A program made the position numbers and the translations under genes. Of a stretch of 64,000 bases of DNA, positions 48,472 through 59,292 are shown piece after piece. Each line of letters opens with the position of its first letter. The first letter of the stretch is position 1. The notes beneath the pieces are model-generated. The model was not told the origin of the DNA and made no database searches. It saw only the letters and a program-made list of their open reading frames with translations. Origin of the DNA: Candidatus Poseidoniales archaeon (GTDB lineage: Archaea; Thermoplasmatota; Poseidoniia; Poseidoniales; Thalassarchaeaceae); the NCBI GenBank assembly GCA_012960975.1, contig DUAE01000055.1, forward strand, positions 41,143 to 105,142, given 5' to 3'.

Positions 48472-49278
48472 TCAGGGGGCAATGATTCGTTTCGGATGAG
48501 AATATATTGTAAAAGAATTATTTTTCGCAAATCCAATAAGAGTAATTCCGTGTTCTATGGCTATGTTGATAGAAAGGCCAGTTGGAGCTCCAAGTCCAAT
48601 AATTATTGTATATCCAGCCCTCCTTACCTTGTGCATTATTTCAAAAGATATTCGACCAGAGACCAGAACTATTTGATTAGTTATTGGTAACTGGTTAAGT
48701 TTCAATAATTTCCCAATTAATTTGTCAAACGAATTATGGCGTCCGACATCCTCTGAAAAAAATATAATTTCACCATCATTAGAAAAATGCCAAGTCGCGT
48801 GACTACCTCCAGTTTTGTTAAATAATAATTGTTCACTATGAAGTTTAGAAACGCAATGTGTAATCAAATTATAATCAACTAATACTGATTCCGATAACTC
48901 GGGACCATGTAAATGTAAAAAATTAGATATCGATTCTTTACCACAAATGCCACAAGAAGATGTTGAAAGAATTAATTTTCTATCCGTTTGGGCATTTATG
49001 GGAATATTACTTTTCAAAATTATTTCTATGGAATTATCGTTAGAAATAATTTTTTTAACATCATCATTAGAATTAATCAATCCTTCCGAATAGATGAGAC
49101 CCAAGGCGAGATTCTCATCATCCCCCGGGGTTCTCATTGTAATTCCAAGTGAATGTTCATTGTTTTGAGGATCGATTATCGATATTGATAGAGGGGTTTC
49201 AACACAAACATCATCGTTTATATTCACAATTGAGTTGCCAGTCACTTGTTTGACATTCACCTCCTCGACTCCCGTCAT
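48472..49278 (-). CDS. fdhD: FdhD-family sulfurtransferase (formate dehydrogenase accessory protein)
   Basis: SSCGICGKESI is the FdhD active-site Cys motif. Length is about 268 aa. Confidence 0.7.
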   Translation of the reverse strand: MTGVEEVNVKQVTGNSIVNINDDVCVETPLSISIIDPQNNEHSLGITMRTPGDDENLALGLIYSEGLINSNDDVKKIISNDNSIEIILKSNIPINAQTDRKLILSTSSCGICGKESISNFLHLHGPELSESVLVDYNLITHCVSKLHSEQLLFNKTGGSHATWHFSNDGEIIFFSEDVGRHNSFDKLIGKLLKLNQLPITNQIVLVSGRISFEIMHKVRRAGYTIIIGLGAPTGLSINIAIEHGITLIGFAKNNSFTIYSHPKRIIAP

Positions 49279-49363
49279 ATACCACCCAGTAAGTCATTAG
49301 ATATGTGTTGAATGGTCGATGCAAATTTATAATGTTCAAATAATAGTATGATATCGAACATAT

Positions 49364-49753
49364 ATGGGGATATTGGGGGGCGACGGATTCTCTTTGCCAA
49401 TAGTGAATAGCAACCCCATTGTTTCAGTCTCAATCACAATTACTGATTCTGCCCTCTCTCAGATGGAAAATACACTAAATAATGAAGAAAAAAACCATTG
49501 CCTGATTATCAGTGCCCAATCTGGCGGATGTTCAGGGTATGTATACGATATGAAAATTGATGAAATACCCCAAGACAAAGAACAATTTCAAATATTGTTT
49601 TTTGGTAATATAAAAATATTCATCCATAATGGTGATAGTCACTTATTAAATGGAATTGAACTAGATTACAAAGATAGTTTGATGGGGGGTGGTTTCAATA
49701 TCACCAATCCAAATGCATCTAGAGAGTGTGGTTGTGGCCAATCCTTCGGATGA
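49364..49753 (+). CDS. IscA/HesB-family iron-sulfur cluster insertion protein
   Basis: The C-terminal CGCGQSF plus an upstream conserved Cys define the family. Confidence 0.75.
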   Translation: MGILGGDGFSLPIVNSNPIVSVSITITDSALSQMENTLNNEEKNHCLIISAQSGGCSGYVYDMKIDEIPQDKEQFQILFFGNIKIFIHNGDSHLLNGIELDYKDSLMGGGFNITNPNASRECGCGQSFG

Positions 49754-49762
49754 GGCCAGATC

Positions 49763-50677
49763 ATGATAAATGGCGAAACTCCGAATGGAATTTATTACCA
49801 TATAAGAGAAAGGAATTTTACAATTTTACAAGGAGAAAATTCCTTGGATTTTTTGAATCGGATTACAACCAACATGATTCAAAAAAAAACAGACGGGGAA
49901 TTAAATTTCACTCTATTATGTGGGGCTTCTGGAAGGATTGAAGATTCCTTGGAGATAATATTTTCAGAAGAGGGGGTCATTATCATAGGGCTCAGCACCA
50001 ATGGCGATGAAATCCGACAAAAGCTAGTTCAAGGAAAAAATTGGAATGAAAGAATAAATGTTTTGAATGGTGATGACCCGCTTACCTTTTTGACAATTTT
50101 CGGTGAACAACTAACTGAGATTGCTAAATCCTTCAACTTAGAAATGAGTCAGGATGAAACTAATTCGTGGTTTGAAAGGGATTCTAAATTAATTCGTTAC
50201 AACAATACTCTACCAACTTCAATTGACTTGATTTTACAAACTGAATCCCTAAGTAACTTCTTCGACTCTGAAGTTGAAAAATCTTTGAAAATATCTTCTA
50301 TCAACACTTGGAATAAATTTTGTATTGATAATTCAATTCTACAGTATAATGAAATAAAATCAAGTCCATTACCCTTTGAATGTGGTTTAGGCCATTTAAT
50401 TGATCCGAACAAAGGTTGTTATCCGGGCCAAGAAATACATGCAAGAATTGAAAGCAGGGGGAAACAAACAAAATTTATTACTAAATTCGTCGCTAACACC
50501 CAACTTCAATCAGGGAAATATCGTTCGGAAGATGGGAAAAAAATAATTATTACGACTGTTTCAATTATTGAAGACAAAACATACGGAATCGCTATACTAC
50601 CTACTCATTTTCAGGGAAAACATGAAATTAGAATTAACGACAATATACTCACGAAATTGTATATCAAATCATTTTGA
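49763..50677 (+). CDS. YgfZ/CAF17-like folate-binding protein (GcvT fold)
   Basis: KGCYPGQE is the YgfZ signature motif. It is adjacent to the IscA-like gene. Confidence 0.65.
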   Translation: MINGETPNGIYYHIRERNFTILQGENSLDFLNRITTNMIQKKTDGELNFTLLCGASGRIEDSLEIIFSEEGVIIIGLSTNGDEIRQKLVQGKNWNERINVLNGDDPLTFLTIFGEQLTEIAKSFNLEMSQDETNSWFERDSKLIRYNNTLPTSIDLILQTESLSNFFDSEVEKSLKISSINTWNKFCIDNSILQYNEIKSSPLPFECGLGHLIDPNKGCYPGQEIHARIESRGKQTKFITKFVANTQLQSGKYRSEDGKKIIITTVSIIEDKTYGIAILPTHFQGKHEIRINDNILTKLYIKSF

Positions 50678-51748
50678 ATTCGAAATTTCATCGAAATCGA
50701 ATGATTCACCCCTTTCAATCCATTCTTCAAGGCTCATTAAAGGAGAAATTTGTAAGGATCCTAGGTGCCTTGTAAACAAATATAAAGTGGGAGAAAAATC
50801 TTCAATCATTTGTTTTTGAAAAGTAAATTTAACATTATCACCTCGAGAACGGAAGAAACTCAACTCAATTGCAACACCAATAATTGTCGCAGTGTACAAT
50901 ACAAATAACACACTTAATGCAAAAATTATTGGATCAGAAAATAGTCCATCTGTCCGAAGTTGGCTGCCATAGAATAATTGTCGGGACAATAAAAATACCA
51001 ATCCTACACCTACCCAAGGCCCCAATAAATCTTCAACAAAATTCTCCATTGGAATTAATCGGCGTTTTGTTGGATCTGCAAATACCAGGGAATTAGCAAT
51101 AGCGGCTCTAATTATTGAAATAAAGGCCACCAAAATAATGTAACAAAGGGCAGTAAGGAGAATGATATCTCTAGGCGATAAAGGCAAGTATGAAACTATC
51201 AAATATGCGAATAAACCTAAAAATACTGTTATTGGCATTCTATGAATTGAATTTAGGACGTAATCTGGATTTTTTGCTCCATCATCTAATCGGGGTATCC
51301 CAATAACTTCCCACCTTGTTGCTTTTTGAATAATATGAGCAATTCGGGCTAAATTTCTTTTGTCAATTAATATCCACTCTAAAACCCGCATCATAGGCAT
51401 AAGAGGAATCGCAATGATTGCCGCGAATAATCCAAGGAGAGGCCAAGCAATCAAACCAGGTAATAATAAAAAATGTTGTAATTTCAGAGGGTGGAGTAAA
51501 TCGGACTCAATACGAGCTTGTCTTTCGGGATCAAGGTAAACACGTCTCGCTTCTGCGTCTAATTCAGAACGATATCGTCGCAATGGAATGCCAGAATCAA
51601 GTACGCGCCTGACCTTATCTCGATAATGCTCATGTTCAGGTTCGGTTCCGGACCACCACCGCCACGCAATTGACAATGGAATTGCTAGAAATAAGGGGGA
51701 AAAAAGAATTAGAGTTGCAGTGAACAACGATTCCATTGAGGCCGGCAT
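50669..51748 (-). CDS. Polytopic membrane protein, function unknown
   Basis: About 8 predicted TM helices. No motif recognised. Confidence 0.35.
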   Translation of the reverse strand: MPASMESLFTATLILFSPLFLAIPLSIAWRWWSGTEPEHEHYRDKVRRVLDSGIPLRRYRSELDAEARRVYLDPERQARIESDLLHPLKLQHFLLLPGLIAWPLLGLFAAIIAIPLMPMMRVLEWILIDKRNLARIAHIIQKATRWEVIGIPRLDDGAKNPDYVLNSIHRMPITVFLGLFAYLIVSYLPLSPRDIILLTALCYIILVAFISIIRAAIANSLVFADPTKRRLIPMENFVEDLLGPWVGVGLVFLLSRQLFYGSQLRTDGLFSDPIIFALSVLFVLYTATIIGVAIELSFFRSRGDNVKFTFQKQMIEDFSPTLYLFTRHLGSLQISPLMSLEEWIERGESFDFDEISNSK

Positions 51749-51886
51749 AAGAATTGCTGCTCCTTATTGTTCAAGAACGAAACGGTTGAAATTCAATATA
51801 ACATGTGATTTTTTGAGGATTGAAAAATCTCCATAGCAAACAATCAATGAGAAATATTCATCATCCCCCTGTCAAGCAATTATCCT

Positions 51887-52864
51887 ATGGCGCGAATAGC
51901 CGTAACAGATGGGATGGATGAAAATGCAGTTAATATTCTTGAAAAATATGGCCATGAAGTTGTCCTTAAACATTATTCCAAAGAGGAATTACTCGGAGGG
52001 GCTCTCTGTGATTACGATGCAGTTGTTATCAGAAGTGCAACAAAATTAACCAAACCGGTTCTACTTGCCTCTATTAATGAGAAAGGTGGAGTTTCATTCA
52101 TCGGTCGCGCTGGCGTTGGAGTCGATAATATCGATATCCCAGTGGCCACTGAAAACAATATGGTCGTTTGCAATACCCCTAGATCATCTACTCATAGTGT
52201 AGTAGAATTAACAATAGGTCATTTGTTAACATCTTGCAGACACATAGCAACTGGGGATCGATTATTGCGTGAAGGAACTTGGGCAAAAAAACAATTGAAA
52301 GGTTCGGAACTTTCTGGAAAAAGATTAGGGCTTATTGGTTATGGAAGAATTGCACAAGGTGTAGGTAATGTTGCCCAATCCCTCGGCATGGAAATCCATG
52401 CATATGACCCATATTTACCTCCAAAAATAGCAAGCAACAACAACGTCACACTTCATAGTGATGTAAATGCTGTATTTTCTATGTGTACACACATTTCTGT
52501 CCATTGTAACCTTACAGATGAAACACATCATTTAGTAAATGAAGATAGATTGAATTTGATGCCGCAAATAGGTGTGGATGGTACGCATTGTGGCAACCAT
52601 ATTGTGAATTGTGCCAGAGGGGGTATTGTTGACGAAGACGCCACCCTATCAGCCCTAGAATCGGGTAAACTGACTTCAGCAGCATTAGATGTGTTTGAGA
52701 CTGAGCCAGCAATAGGAAACCAATTACTAAATCATCAAAATTTTCATGGAACCCCTCATATTGGAGCTGCTACAATGGAGGCCCAATCAAGAATTGGTCA
52801 AGAGATGGCTGCTCAATTGATTGACCATTTTAATGGCCAAAGGCCTCATTCCGCACTAAATTGA
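51887..52864 (+). CDS. D-isomer-specific 2-hydroxyacid dehydrogenase (3-phosphoglycerate dehydrogenase-like)
   Basis: NAD-binding GLIGYGRIAQGV is present. Catalytic R/E/H residues sit in the expected context, and length is 325 aa. Confidence 0.7.
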   Translation: MARIAVTDGMDENAVNILEKYGHEVVLKHYSKEELLGGALCDYDAVVIRSATKLTKPVLLASINEKGGVSFIGRAGVGVDNIDIPVATENNMVVCNTPRSSTHSVVELTIGHLLTSCRHIATGDRLLREGTWAKKQLKGSELSGKRLGLIGYGRIAQGVGNVAQSLGMEIHAYDPYLPPKIASNNNVTLHSDVNAVFSMCTHISVHCNLTDETHHLVNEDRLNLMPQIGVDGTHCGNHIVNCARGGIVDEDATLSALESGKLTSAALDVFETEPAIGNQLLNHQNFHGTPHIGAATMEAQSRIGQEMAAQLIDHFNGQRPHSALN

Positions 52865-52902
52865 TTTCATATCTTTCGTTGTTGGCAGCATATTACCGAG
52901 TA

Positions 52903-55380
52903 TCATGAACTTAATTTATGCATATTTATCAACTGAACACTAAAAACTTCTAATTCGACTGGGATTTTGATTCCTTGGATTTCCGAATTGAGTGAAATCC
53001 CCATTTCTTTTTTGGTTTTCCAAACTTTTGAATTGAAATTCATGATTGATTCAGTAGAGGATATTAATTCATCATCTATTCCGATAATTTTAGGGAAACT
53101 GCAAGCGTCAACAGCGCTTTCTCCATAAAGAGTAGTAGATAGGTAATGAGTAAAGAATGGACAAATTGGGCTAAATGCTTGTAAATAATCTCTCACAATA
53201 CGATGAATTGTCCATGCGGCTTTAATATCGCCATCATACAACCTTGATTTGGCCATTTCTAACCAGTGACTGGGGAATACTCCAGTTCCGAAATTTTTCA
53301 GTCCTTGTGATGCAGAATAAATATCAATATTTCCCCACGAATCCTTGGTTTTTTGCATCATTTTACTAAATTCGGACAGAATCCATCGGTCCTCAATATC
53401 TAAATCATCGGGAATTTGATCTAAATCATCGGGAATAGAAAATTGACTTGCAAATCTTACTACATTGAAAATCTTAGTCAAAACTCCAAAATACTTCGCC
53501 TCAATTTCTTCAGGATTGATTTGGAAATCATCACCTACTTGTGCTTCACAAGCCTTCCAAAGACGGAAACATTCACTGCCAATCTTATTCGCACGGAAAT
53601 TTACTTGTTTCCCCTCAAGTCCTTTGATTTTCCAAGAACCAGTTCGTCCACCAGCCCCGCATTCGAGAACCGAGTTAGCATCAATCCCGTTTCCTAAAGA
53701 TTTAGACATTTTTCTCCCCCATGGATCCATTCCTAAACCATCAATCCAAATATTCTCAAATCCGGGTTTATTTAACAATAGTGTACTTTTTAGGAGCGTG
53801 TAGTACAACCAAGTTCGTACGATTTCCTTTCCCTGGGGACGAATAGAGGTAGGGAAAGCTTTGTCGAACAAAGATGAGTCTTGTAAATAACCAGAAACAA
53901 AAAGATTGGAATTCGATGAATCCATCCAAGTGTCGAATACTTTTTCTTCAGGAATTAAAGCCCCTAAATCGTCAATCATTTCTGAATATGAGCCAATTTT
54001 CTCTCTAGTAATCCTATCCAAAACCTCTGATTCATCAGGGGGGTTTTCACGCCAAGGTTGGACATAACTTCCAGATGGTGGTACGATAATCATTTTCTCA
54101 TCCTCTGAATACCAGATTGGTACTTCTGTATGGTACCAGCGTCGACGTGAAATTGGCCAATCAATAGATATTCCATTCATCCAATCATCTAAAAATTGTT
54201 GATTACGAGGGGGAATAAAATTAATTTCTTTGATGTGATTTCTCATTCGATCGAGTGCATCAATTTGTTTGACATACCACTCTTTTAGTAAAATAATTTC
54301 AACTGGATTATTTCCTCTTTCACTCACAGGAATTTCTTGGTCATGATCTTTAATGGAAACTAACGACCCTCTTGCTTCTAACAATAATATGGCTTCCTTG
54401 CGAGCATCAATAACTGATAGATTCTCCAGAGGACCCCCTATTTCAGTAATGTTTCCATCTAAATTTATTGCTACGAAAGGAGAAAGGCCTAATTCCCTGA
54501 ATATCGATACATCATTTTGGTCGCCGAATGAACAAACCATCAATACTCCAGAACCAAATTCCATTTTTACCGAAGGGTGTTGTTTAATCTCGACTAAATT
54601 ACTTCTTCCTTTAGTCGGAAGAGGTAATTCTAACTTCTTTCCAACTAAGTGTGTATACCTCTCATCCTCTGGATGAACAACGACGACACCACAGGCGCAA
54701 ATGAGTTCTGGGCGAGTAGTGCTGATGACTAATTCATCTCCATCTTCTGTAATCCATTTGACATCGCATAATTTGGTTTTGCGTGTAATTCTTTGAACTT
54801 CCGCATCGGCAATAGTGGTTTTTTCAATAGTATCATAGATGTTAGGGCGATAATCTTCAATAATATCTCCTTGCTTGAATAATTGTACAAAAATTGATTG
54901 TGAAGCACCTCTAAATTCAGGTGAGTCAGTAAGGTATTCTTTTTCAAAATCACAAGAAAGACCAACACGGCAAGCAGTTTCACGCATAGCTTGAGTATAT
55001 TCATCGATAGTTTCTCTGCAAATTTCAATGAATTTGCCACGCTCAAAGGTTCTCATTTTTTTACCAGTCTTCTTCTCAACTGTGAATTCAATATTTATCC
55101 CATTTCTATCAACACCCCAAGGGAAGAATACCTCTTTTCCAAGCAATCTTTGGCTCCTAGCAATAACATCAATCATACTGTATTGTGCAACGGCTCCAAT
55201 ATGCCAAGTGCCACTAGGGTAGGGTGGTGGAGTATCAATGATGAAAAGTTCCTTTTCACTCTCAGGATTGAATGAATATCGTGAGGAATAATTTTCTCTA
55301 TAATGTTCCTCTTGAATCCTTTTTTCAAGATCAATGGACCATCTCTTATCACTGATTTTGGGTGTACTCATATCCAACAC
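52903..55380 (-). CDS. valS: Class I aminoacyl-tRNA synthetase, most likely valyl-tRNA synthetase
   Basis: PPPYPSGTWHIGA is the HIGH region, here degenerate as HIGA. The editing-domain signature TTRPELICACGVVVVHPEDERY is ValRS-like. The KMSKS motif is intact. The 825-aa length fits ValRS. Confidence 0.65.
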   Translation of the reverse strand: MLDMSTPKISDKRWSIDLEKRIQEEHYRENYSSRYSFNPESEKELFIIDTPPPYPSGTWHIGAVAQYSMIDVIARSQRLLGKEVFFPWGVDRNGINIEFTVEKKTGKKMRTFERGKFIEICRETIDEYTQAMRETACRVGLSCDFEKEYLTDSPEFRGASQSIFVQLFKQGDIIEDYRPNIYDTIEKTTIADAEVQRITRKTKLCDVKWITEDGDELVISTTRPELICACGVVVVHPEDERYTHLVGKKLELPLPTKGRSNLVEIKQHPSVKMEFGSGVLMVCSFGDQNDVSIFRELGLSPFVAINLDGNITEIGGPLENLSVIDARKEAILLLEARGSLVSIKDHDQEIPVSERGNNPVEIILLKEWYVKQIDALDRMRNHIKEINFIPPRNQQFLDDWMNGISIDWPISRRRWYHTEVPIWYSEDEKMIIVPPSGSYVQPWRENPPDESEVLDRITREKIGSYSEMIDDLGALIPEEKVFDTWMDSSNSNLFVSGYLQDSSLFDKAFPTSIRPQGKEIVRTWLYYTLLKSTLLLNKPGFENIWIDGLGMDPWGRKMSKSLGNGIDANSVLECGAGGRTGSWKIKGLEGKQVNFRANKIGSECFRLWKACEAQVGDDFQINPEEIEAKYFGVLTKIFNVVRFASQFSIPDDLDQIPDDLDIEDRWILSEFSKMMQKTKDSWGNIDIYSASQGLKNFGTGVFPSHWLEMAKSRLYDGDIKAAWTIHRIVRDYLQAFSPICPFFTHYLSTTLYGESAVDACSFPKIIGIDDELISSTESIMNFNSKVWKTKKEMGISLNSEIQGIKIPVELEVFSVQLINMHKLSS

Positions 55381-55459
55381 TCCGTGTTTTCAATTTGAGT
55401 CTGCGGGCGTTATCTTCTTGACTATTCCCGCAAAGAGAATTGCAATAATATTCCCCCAC

Positions 55460-58444
55460 ATGAGAACAAATAATTGCGAGGGGTTGAAGTTCCTCCTTTC
55501 ACCAGATGGAGTTGGTGGTATCGTGAGCCAACGTGACAATGAAGAAGATTCTTTGAACACTTCGCGATTTACACATGCTAAAAGCAAAATTACTTCCAAA
55601 TATTCTGAATCAATAAAATCAATTGATAATCTGAATCCTGATGCGATTGCAAGCTCCATCAAAAGAGCACCCAATGCTGTAAAAAGAGCACTAAATAGTA
55701 TGTCTGGTACAGATATTTTAACCAAAGTGCCTGTCATTACAATTATTTTATCATTGTTAGTAACTGGGTTTTTTACAATGCATTCTGGAATTAATGATTG
55801 TAGAGATGGATATGAATATGATTGGTGTTATGAAGAATCCTCAATGAATGTAAATGGTGACCTTGCAGTTTACCTTCCAGAGGGCTCTAACGTGAAGGAA
55901 TTGATCGAGGTTGTTGAAAATGATTGGACGACTAATGTGATGGTCATTTATGTTGAATCGGAAGATTATAACGTTACTACAGTCAGAATCCTAGACCAAA
56001 TTGACGCAATTGAGAATAAGTTAAATCCCACAAGAAATGACGCTGGGGAACAAGATGATATCATCTATGTTCTTTCGATATCAACGGTAATTAAAGAAGT
56101 AAATTCAAGTGCTGTTAGAGTTGCAAAAGCATTTTTTTCTGGATTAGCTGAAGCATCGGGCAATGAAGAATTGTCAGATCAAATGAATGAAACAATAGAT
56201 GAACAACAAGATTTTTTAGGGAATTATGCAATTCCAGATGAACAAGAAAGAATTGACCAAATTCTTGGCGAAATGCCCCAAAACGCCCTTAATAAATTAG
56301 TTCGAGACGTTGGAAGAGAAGAAGCAGTACAAGCTTTTTACTGGAATAGAGCAGTGATAATTTTAGGAATTGCATATAATGAAAATATTAGTGTGTCTGA
56401 TCTTATTGAAGATACTCAGAAAGAAATTAACTTATTAGGGGTAGAAAATAACTGGGATGAAATAAATCTAACAATGACTCTAACTGGCCCAGTGCCAATT
56501 ACTAATGCAGTCACAGAAGAATCATTCAAATTATTTTGGTCCGTTTTTCCTATAGGTGTATTTTTTGTAGCTTGTGGTTTGTTTATTTTCCATTGCGACC
56601 TGCTACAAACTGGGCGTATTAGATGGGTCCAAGGTGTGAAAGTATTGATAATTGCAGGTCTGCCCACCCTGTGTTCAGTTTTCGTAACGATGGGGATTAT
56701 TGGTTTTACGAATTATGAGGTCACTATGACGGTGATATTAGTTGGCCCGATTGTCTTAGCATTGGGAGTGTCGTATGGATTACACATCACAAATAGATAC
56801 GCAGAATCTAAAGGAACACCACAAGAAAAAATGGCTGAAGCATTGAACTCTACCGGAAAAGCGGTTTTTTTATCAGCAGTGACCACAATAATTGGATTCA
56901 TTTCTTTAACATTTACTCCTATGAAACCAATTCAAACAGTGGGTTGGGGGCTTGCAGGCGGGATTGTAGTTGTATACATCATGACAATGGTGATGGTTCC
57001 AAATTTGACCATAATGTTAGATCTAAAAAAACCCTCCCACCCCCCACCTAAATTATTTACAAATGCGGTTGCAGTTCCGATCAAATGGACACGCTTAACT
57101 CTATCAATATTCATTATAGCCATGCTTATTTCATCTGGAATTTCAAGGCATAATGTTGAAGAAAATATCGATTTGTTAGACATGGCGCCTCAAACGAGGA
57201 TGGATGGGACACCAGTACCAGCAGTGCAAAAGATGGGGCAATACAGTGACGAATTCGAAGCAGGACAACCAGGATTTTTGTTGATTCATGGTGACATTAG
57301 CGCATCACCAGAATTATCGGCAACTGGTAATGACCCATTTTCCAACTTAGAAGGTATTGAAAAATTGGAAGCGAATTGTAATTTAGTTTCGAATACAACT
57401 GCAGTTTCGGTTGTGTTTCTCATGAAGGCGGTTGCTGTGAGTGTTAACTTATCTGGTACACCAATATCAGATTTCATCGATGATACACCACTTCCAGAAC
57501 CTATCAAAGACGTCGCAACACTAATTTTTGATAGAGAGCAATCAGGAAACGCTTCTTTTTGGGCGGTGTTAGACACTCTTAGTGTCCAAGAAACAGGGGG
57601 CACCCAGGCTCAAAACTTCATGATTTATGTATTCTATAATAGTTTAACTAAAGAAATGAGGGAATTATTCGTATCATCAGATTACCAGCGTAGTCTGATT
57701 TACATTGATATGCCCTTTATGGATGTTCAACGCACCCAAATAGCAGTAAAGCAGGTTAATGAGTTCGCGAGCCAAGATACTGGTGGAGCTATTACTTCCA
57801 CTGAATTAATCGGTGTTGCTTCCGTGACTATTGAAGTAAACAATCTCATTGTAGGTTCACAATGGAATTCGTTAATCTTTGCATTATTATTTACAGTTCT
57901 AACTTTAGGACTTGTATTCCGTGATATTAGATACGCATTATTAACTACCATTCCAGTAGGATTTACAGTAGGAATGCAATGGTTGGTGATGGATTCAGGA
58001 GGTGTTGCTCTTAATCTCGTTACTGTTATGATTGGATCCATATTGGTTGGAGTAGGTGTAGATTTCTCTATTCATATCGCAAATAGAGTTAAGGAATTAG
58101 GCGGCTCTTTAGAGGCAATCAAAATTTCCTGTGCTAGTACTGGCATGAGCCTGTTCGAATCGACGACTGTAACTGCATTGGGTTTGATGAGTGCCAAATG
58201 GATTCCGATTCCAGCGGTTCAGCCATTTGTCGATGTTGTAATTATCTTACTAATCATTGCTGCAATTTCTGCGTTGTTATTATTACCAGCAATTTACAGC
58301 CTCTTAGTCAAAGCGAATATTGGTCTAACTGGTGGTGTATCAACTATGGTCAAAACAGCAGGGTTGCGCAGAGCTATTGCAAAGGATGAGGCAGATGTAC
58401 TAGATGCATCTTTGGTATTCGGTTCTTCAGATGATGCTTGGTAG
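55460..58444 (+). CDS. RND-superfamily exporter (COG1033/MMPL-like, two 6-TM bundles with large extracytoplasmic domains); ORF-track start 55334 overlaps valS
   Basis: Two hydrophobic clusters (aa ~380-560 and ~850-1000) each follow a ~300-aa soluble domain, as in RND/SSD topology. Confidence 0.55.
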   Translation: MRTNNCEGLKFLLSPDGVGGIVSQRDNEEDSLNTSRFTHAKSKITSKYSESIKSIDNLNPDAIASSIKRAPNAVKRALNSMSGTDILTKVPVITIILSLLVTGFFTMHSGINDCRDGYEYDWCYEESSMNVNGDLAVYLPEGSNVKELIEVVENDWTTNVMVIYVESEDYNVTTVRILDQIDAIENKLNPTRNDAGEQDDIIYVLSISTVIKEVNSSAVRVAKAFFSGLAEASGNEELSDQMNETIDEQQDFLGNYAIPDEQERIDQILGEMPQNALNKLVRDVGREEAVQAFYWNRAVIILGIAYNENISVSDLIEDTQKEINLLGVENNWDEINLTMTLTGPVPITNAVTEESFKLFWSVFPIGVFFVACGLFIFHCDLLQTGRIRWVQGVKVLIIAGLPTLCSVFVTMGIIGFTNYEVTMTVILVGPIVLALGVSYGLHITNRYAESKGTPQEKMAEALNSTGKAVFLSAVTTIIGFISLTFTPMKPIQTVGWGLAGGIVVVYIMTMVMVPNLTIMLDLKKPSHPPPKLFTNAVAVPIKWTRLTLSIFIIAMLISSGISRHNVEENIDLLDMAPQTRMDGTPVPAVQKMGQYSDEFEAGQPGFLLIHGDISASPELSATGNDPFSNLEGIEKLEANCNLVSNTTAVSVVFLMKAVAVSVNLSGTPISDFIDDTPLPEPIKDVATLIFDREQSGNASFWAVLDTLSVQETGGTQAQNFMIYVFYNSLTKEMRELFVSSDYQRSLIYIDMPFMDVQRTQIAVKQVNEFASQDTGGAITSTELIGVASVTIEVNNLIVGSQWNSLIFALLFTVLTLGLVFRDIRYALLTTIPVGFTVGMQWLVMDSGGVALNLVTVMIGSILVGVGVDFSIHIANRVKELGGSLEAIKISCASTGMSLFESTTVTALGLMSAKWIPIPAVQPFVDVVIILLIIAAISALLLLPAIYSLLVKANIGLTGGVSTMVKTAGLRRAIAKDEADVLDASLVFGSSDDAW

Positions 58445-58452
58445 TGATATCC

Positions 58453-58926
58453 ATGAGAAATTATTGGTTAATGAAAAGTGAACCTGATGTTTACTCTTGG
58501 TCAATGTTAGTAAAAGACAAATCGACCCATTGGGATGGTGTTAGAAATTATCAAGCCAGAAATATTATGCGAGATTCAATGAAAATGGGAGACTTGGTTT
58601 TATTTTACCATTCAAATTGCAAACCCCCTCACATTGCAGGAATCGCTAGAATCTGCAAAGAAAGTTATCCGGACTTTACATCTTGGGATCCGAAATCAAA
58701 ATATTTTGACCCAAAATCTTCAGAAGAAAATCCAAGATGGTTTATGGTTGACATCGAACCTATTACTGATATTAATACAGTAAATTTACAAGATGCTAAG
58801 GCAAATCAAGATTTAATGGGGTTGCCATTAATTCGAAAAGGGCAACGACTTTCTGTTCAACCAGTTAGTTCTGAACATTTTGAAATTCTGTGTCAAATGG
58901 GTGGAATAAATAGCATACCAATTTAG
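58453..58926 (+). CDS. EVE (PUA-like) domain protein
   Basis: NYWLMKSEPDVYSW...WDGVRNYQARNIMRDSMKMGDLVLFYHS is the EVE-domain consensus. The start overlaps the exporter stop. Confidence 0.7.
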   Translation: MRNYWLMKSEPDVYSWSMLVKDKSTHWDGVRNYQARNIMRDSMKMGDLVLFYHSNCKPPHIAGIARICKESYPDFTSWDPKSKYFDPKSSEENPRWFMVDIEPITDINTVNLQDAKANQDLMGLPLIRKGQRLSVQPVSSEHFEILCQMGGINSIPI

Positions 58927-58934
58927 TGGGCACG

Positions 58935-59258
58935 TTCTCGGTGGACACTCGTCACAAATGATGAAAATTCACCAATCTCCTCCACTCCGCATTCCCAAGG
59001 CATCCAGCATCCCCGGTCGGGTTGCTCGCTTCCGCGCCTGACCTGGTTCCCGGGCTTAAGACAGTCCGACATTCCCTTCGGAATGACATTGTGCCAACCT
59101 GCATCTCTTGGGGGCGAAGCATCGACGTCAACTGGTGGGTCACCATAAGCTCGTCTGAGCCGCCCTCGAACTTCGGGACACCGTTTTCAACGATTTGTGT
59201 AAAATAGAGCACGTCAACACTCCCCCTAGCCCAGCACTCCTAGGGAAGTGTCCCCTAT
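58935..59258 (-). ncRNA. Signal recognition particle RNA (archaeal 7S/SRP RNA), approximate ends
   Basis: A GC-rich island in an AT-rich genome. The minus strand contains CCAGGTCAGGCGCGGAAGCGAGCAACC, comparable to the helix-8 CAGGUCAGG-CCGGAAGGAAGCAGC motif of SRP RNAs. The putative ends GGGACACTT…/…GAGTGTCC can pair as helix 1. Total length is about 320 nt. Confidence 0.6.
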
Positions 59259-59292
59259 CAACGAATCCCTTTCGGATAGATGATGATTTAGC

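Noticed and set aside
58952-59212. 86-aa minus-strand ORF from the six-frame track
   Set aside because: It lies wholly inside the GC-rich SRP-RNA-like segment and has no protein-like features. The ORF is probably an artefact of the GC-rich RNA gene.
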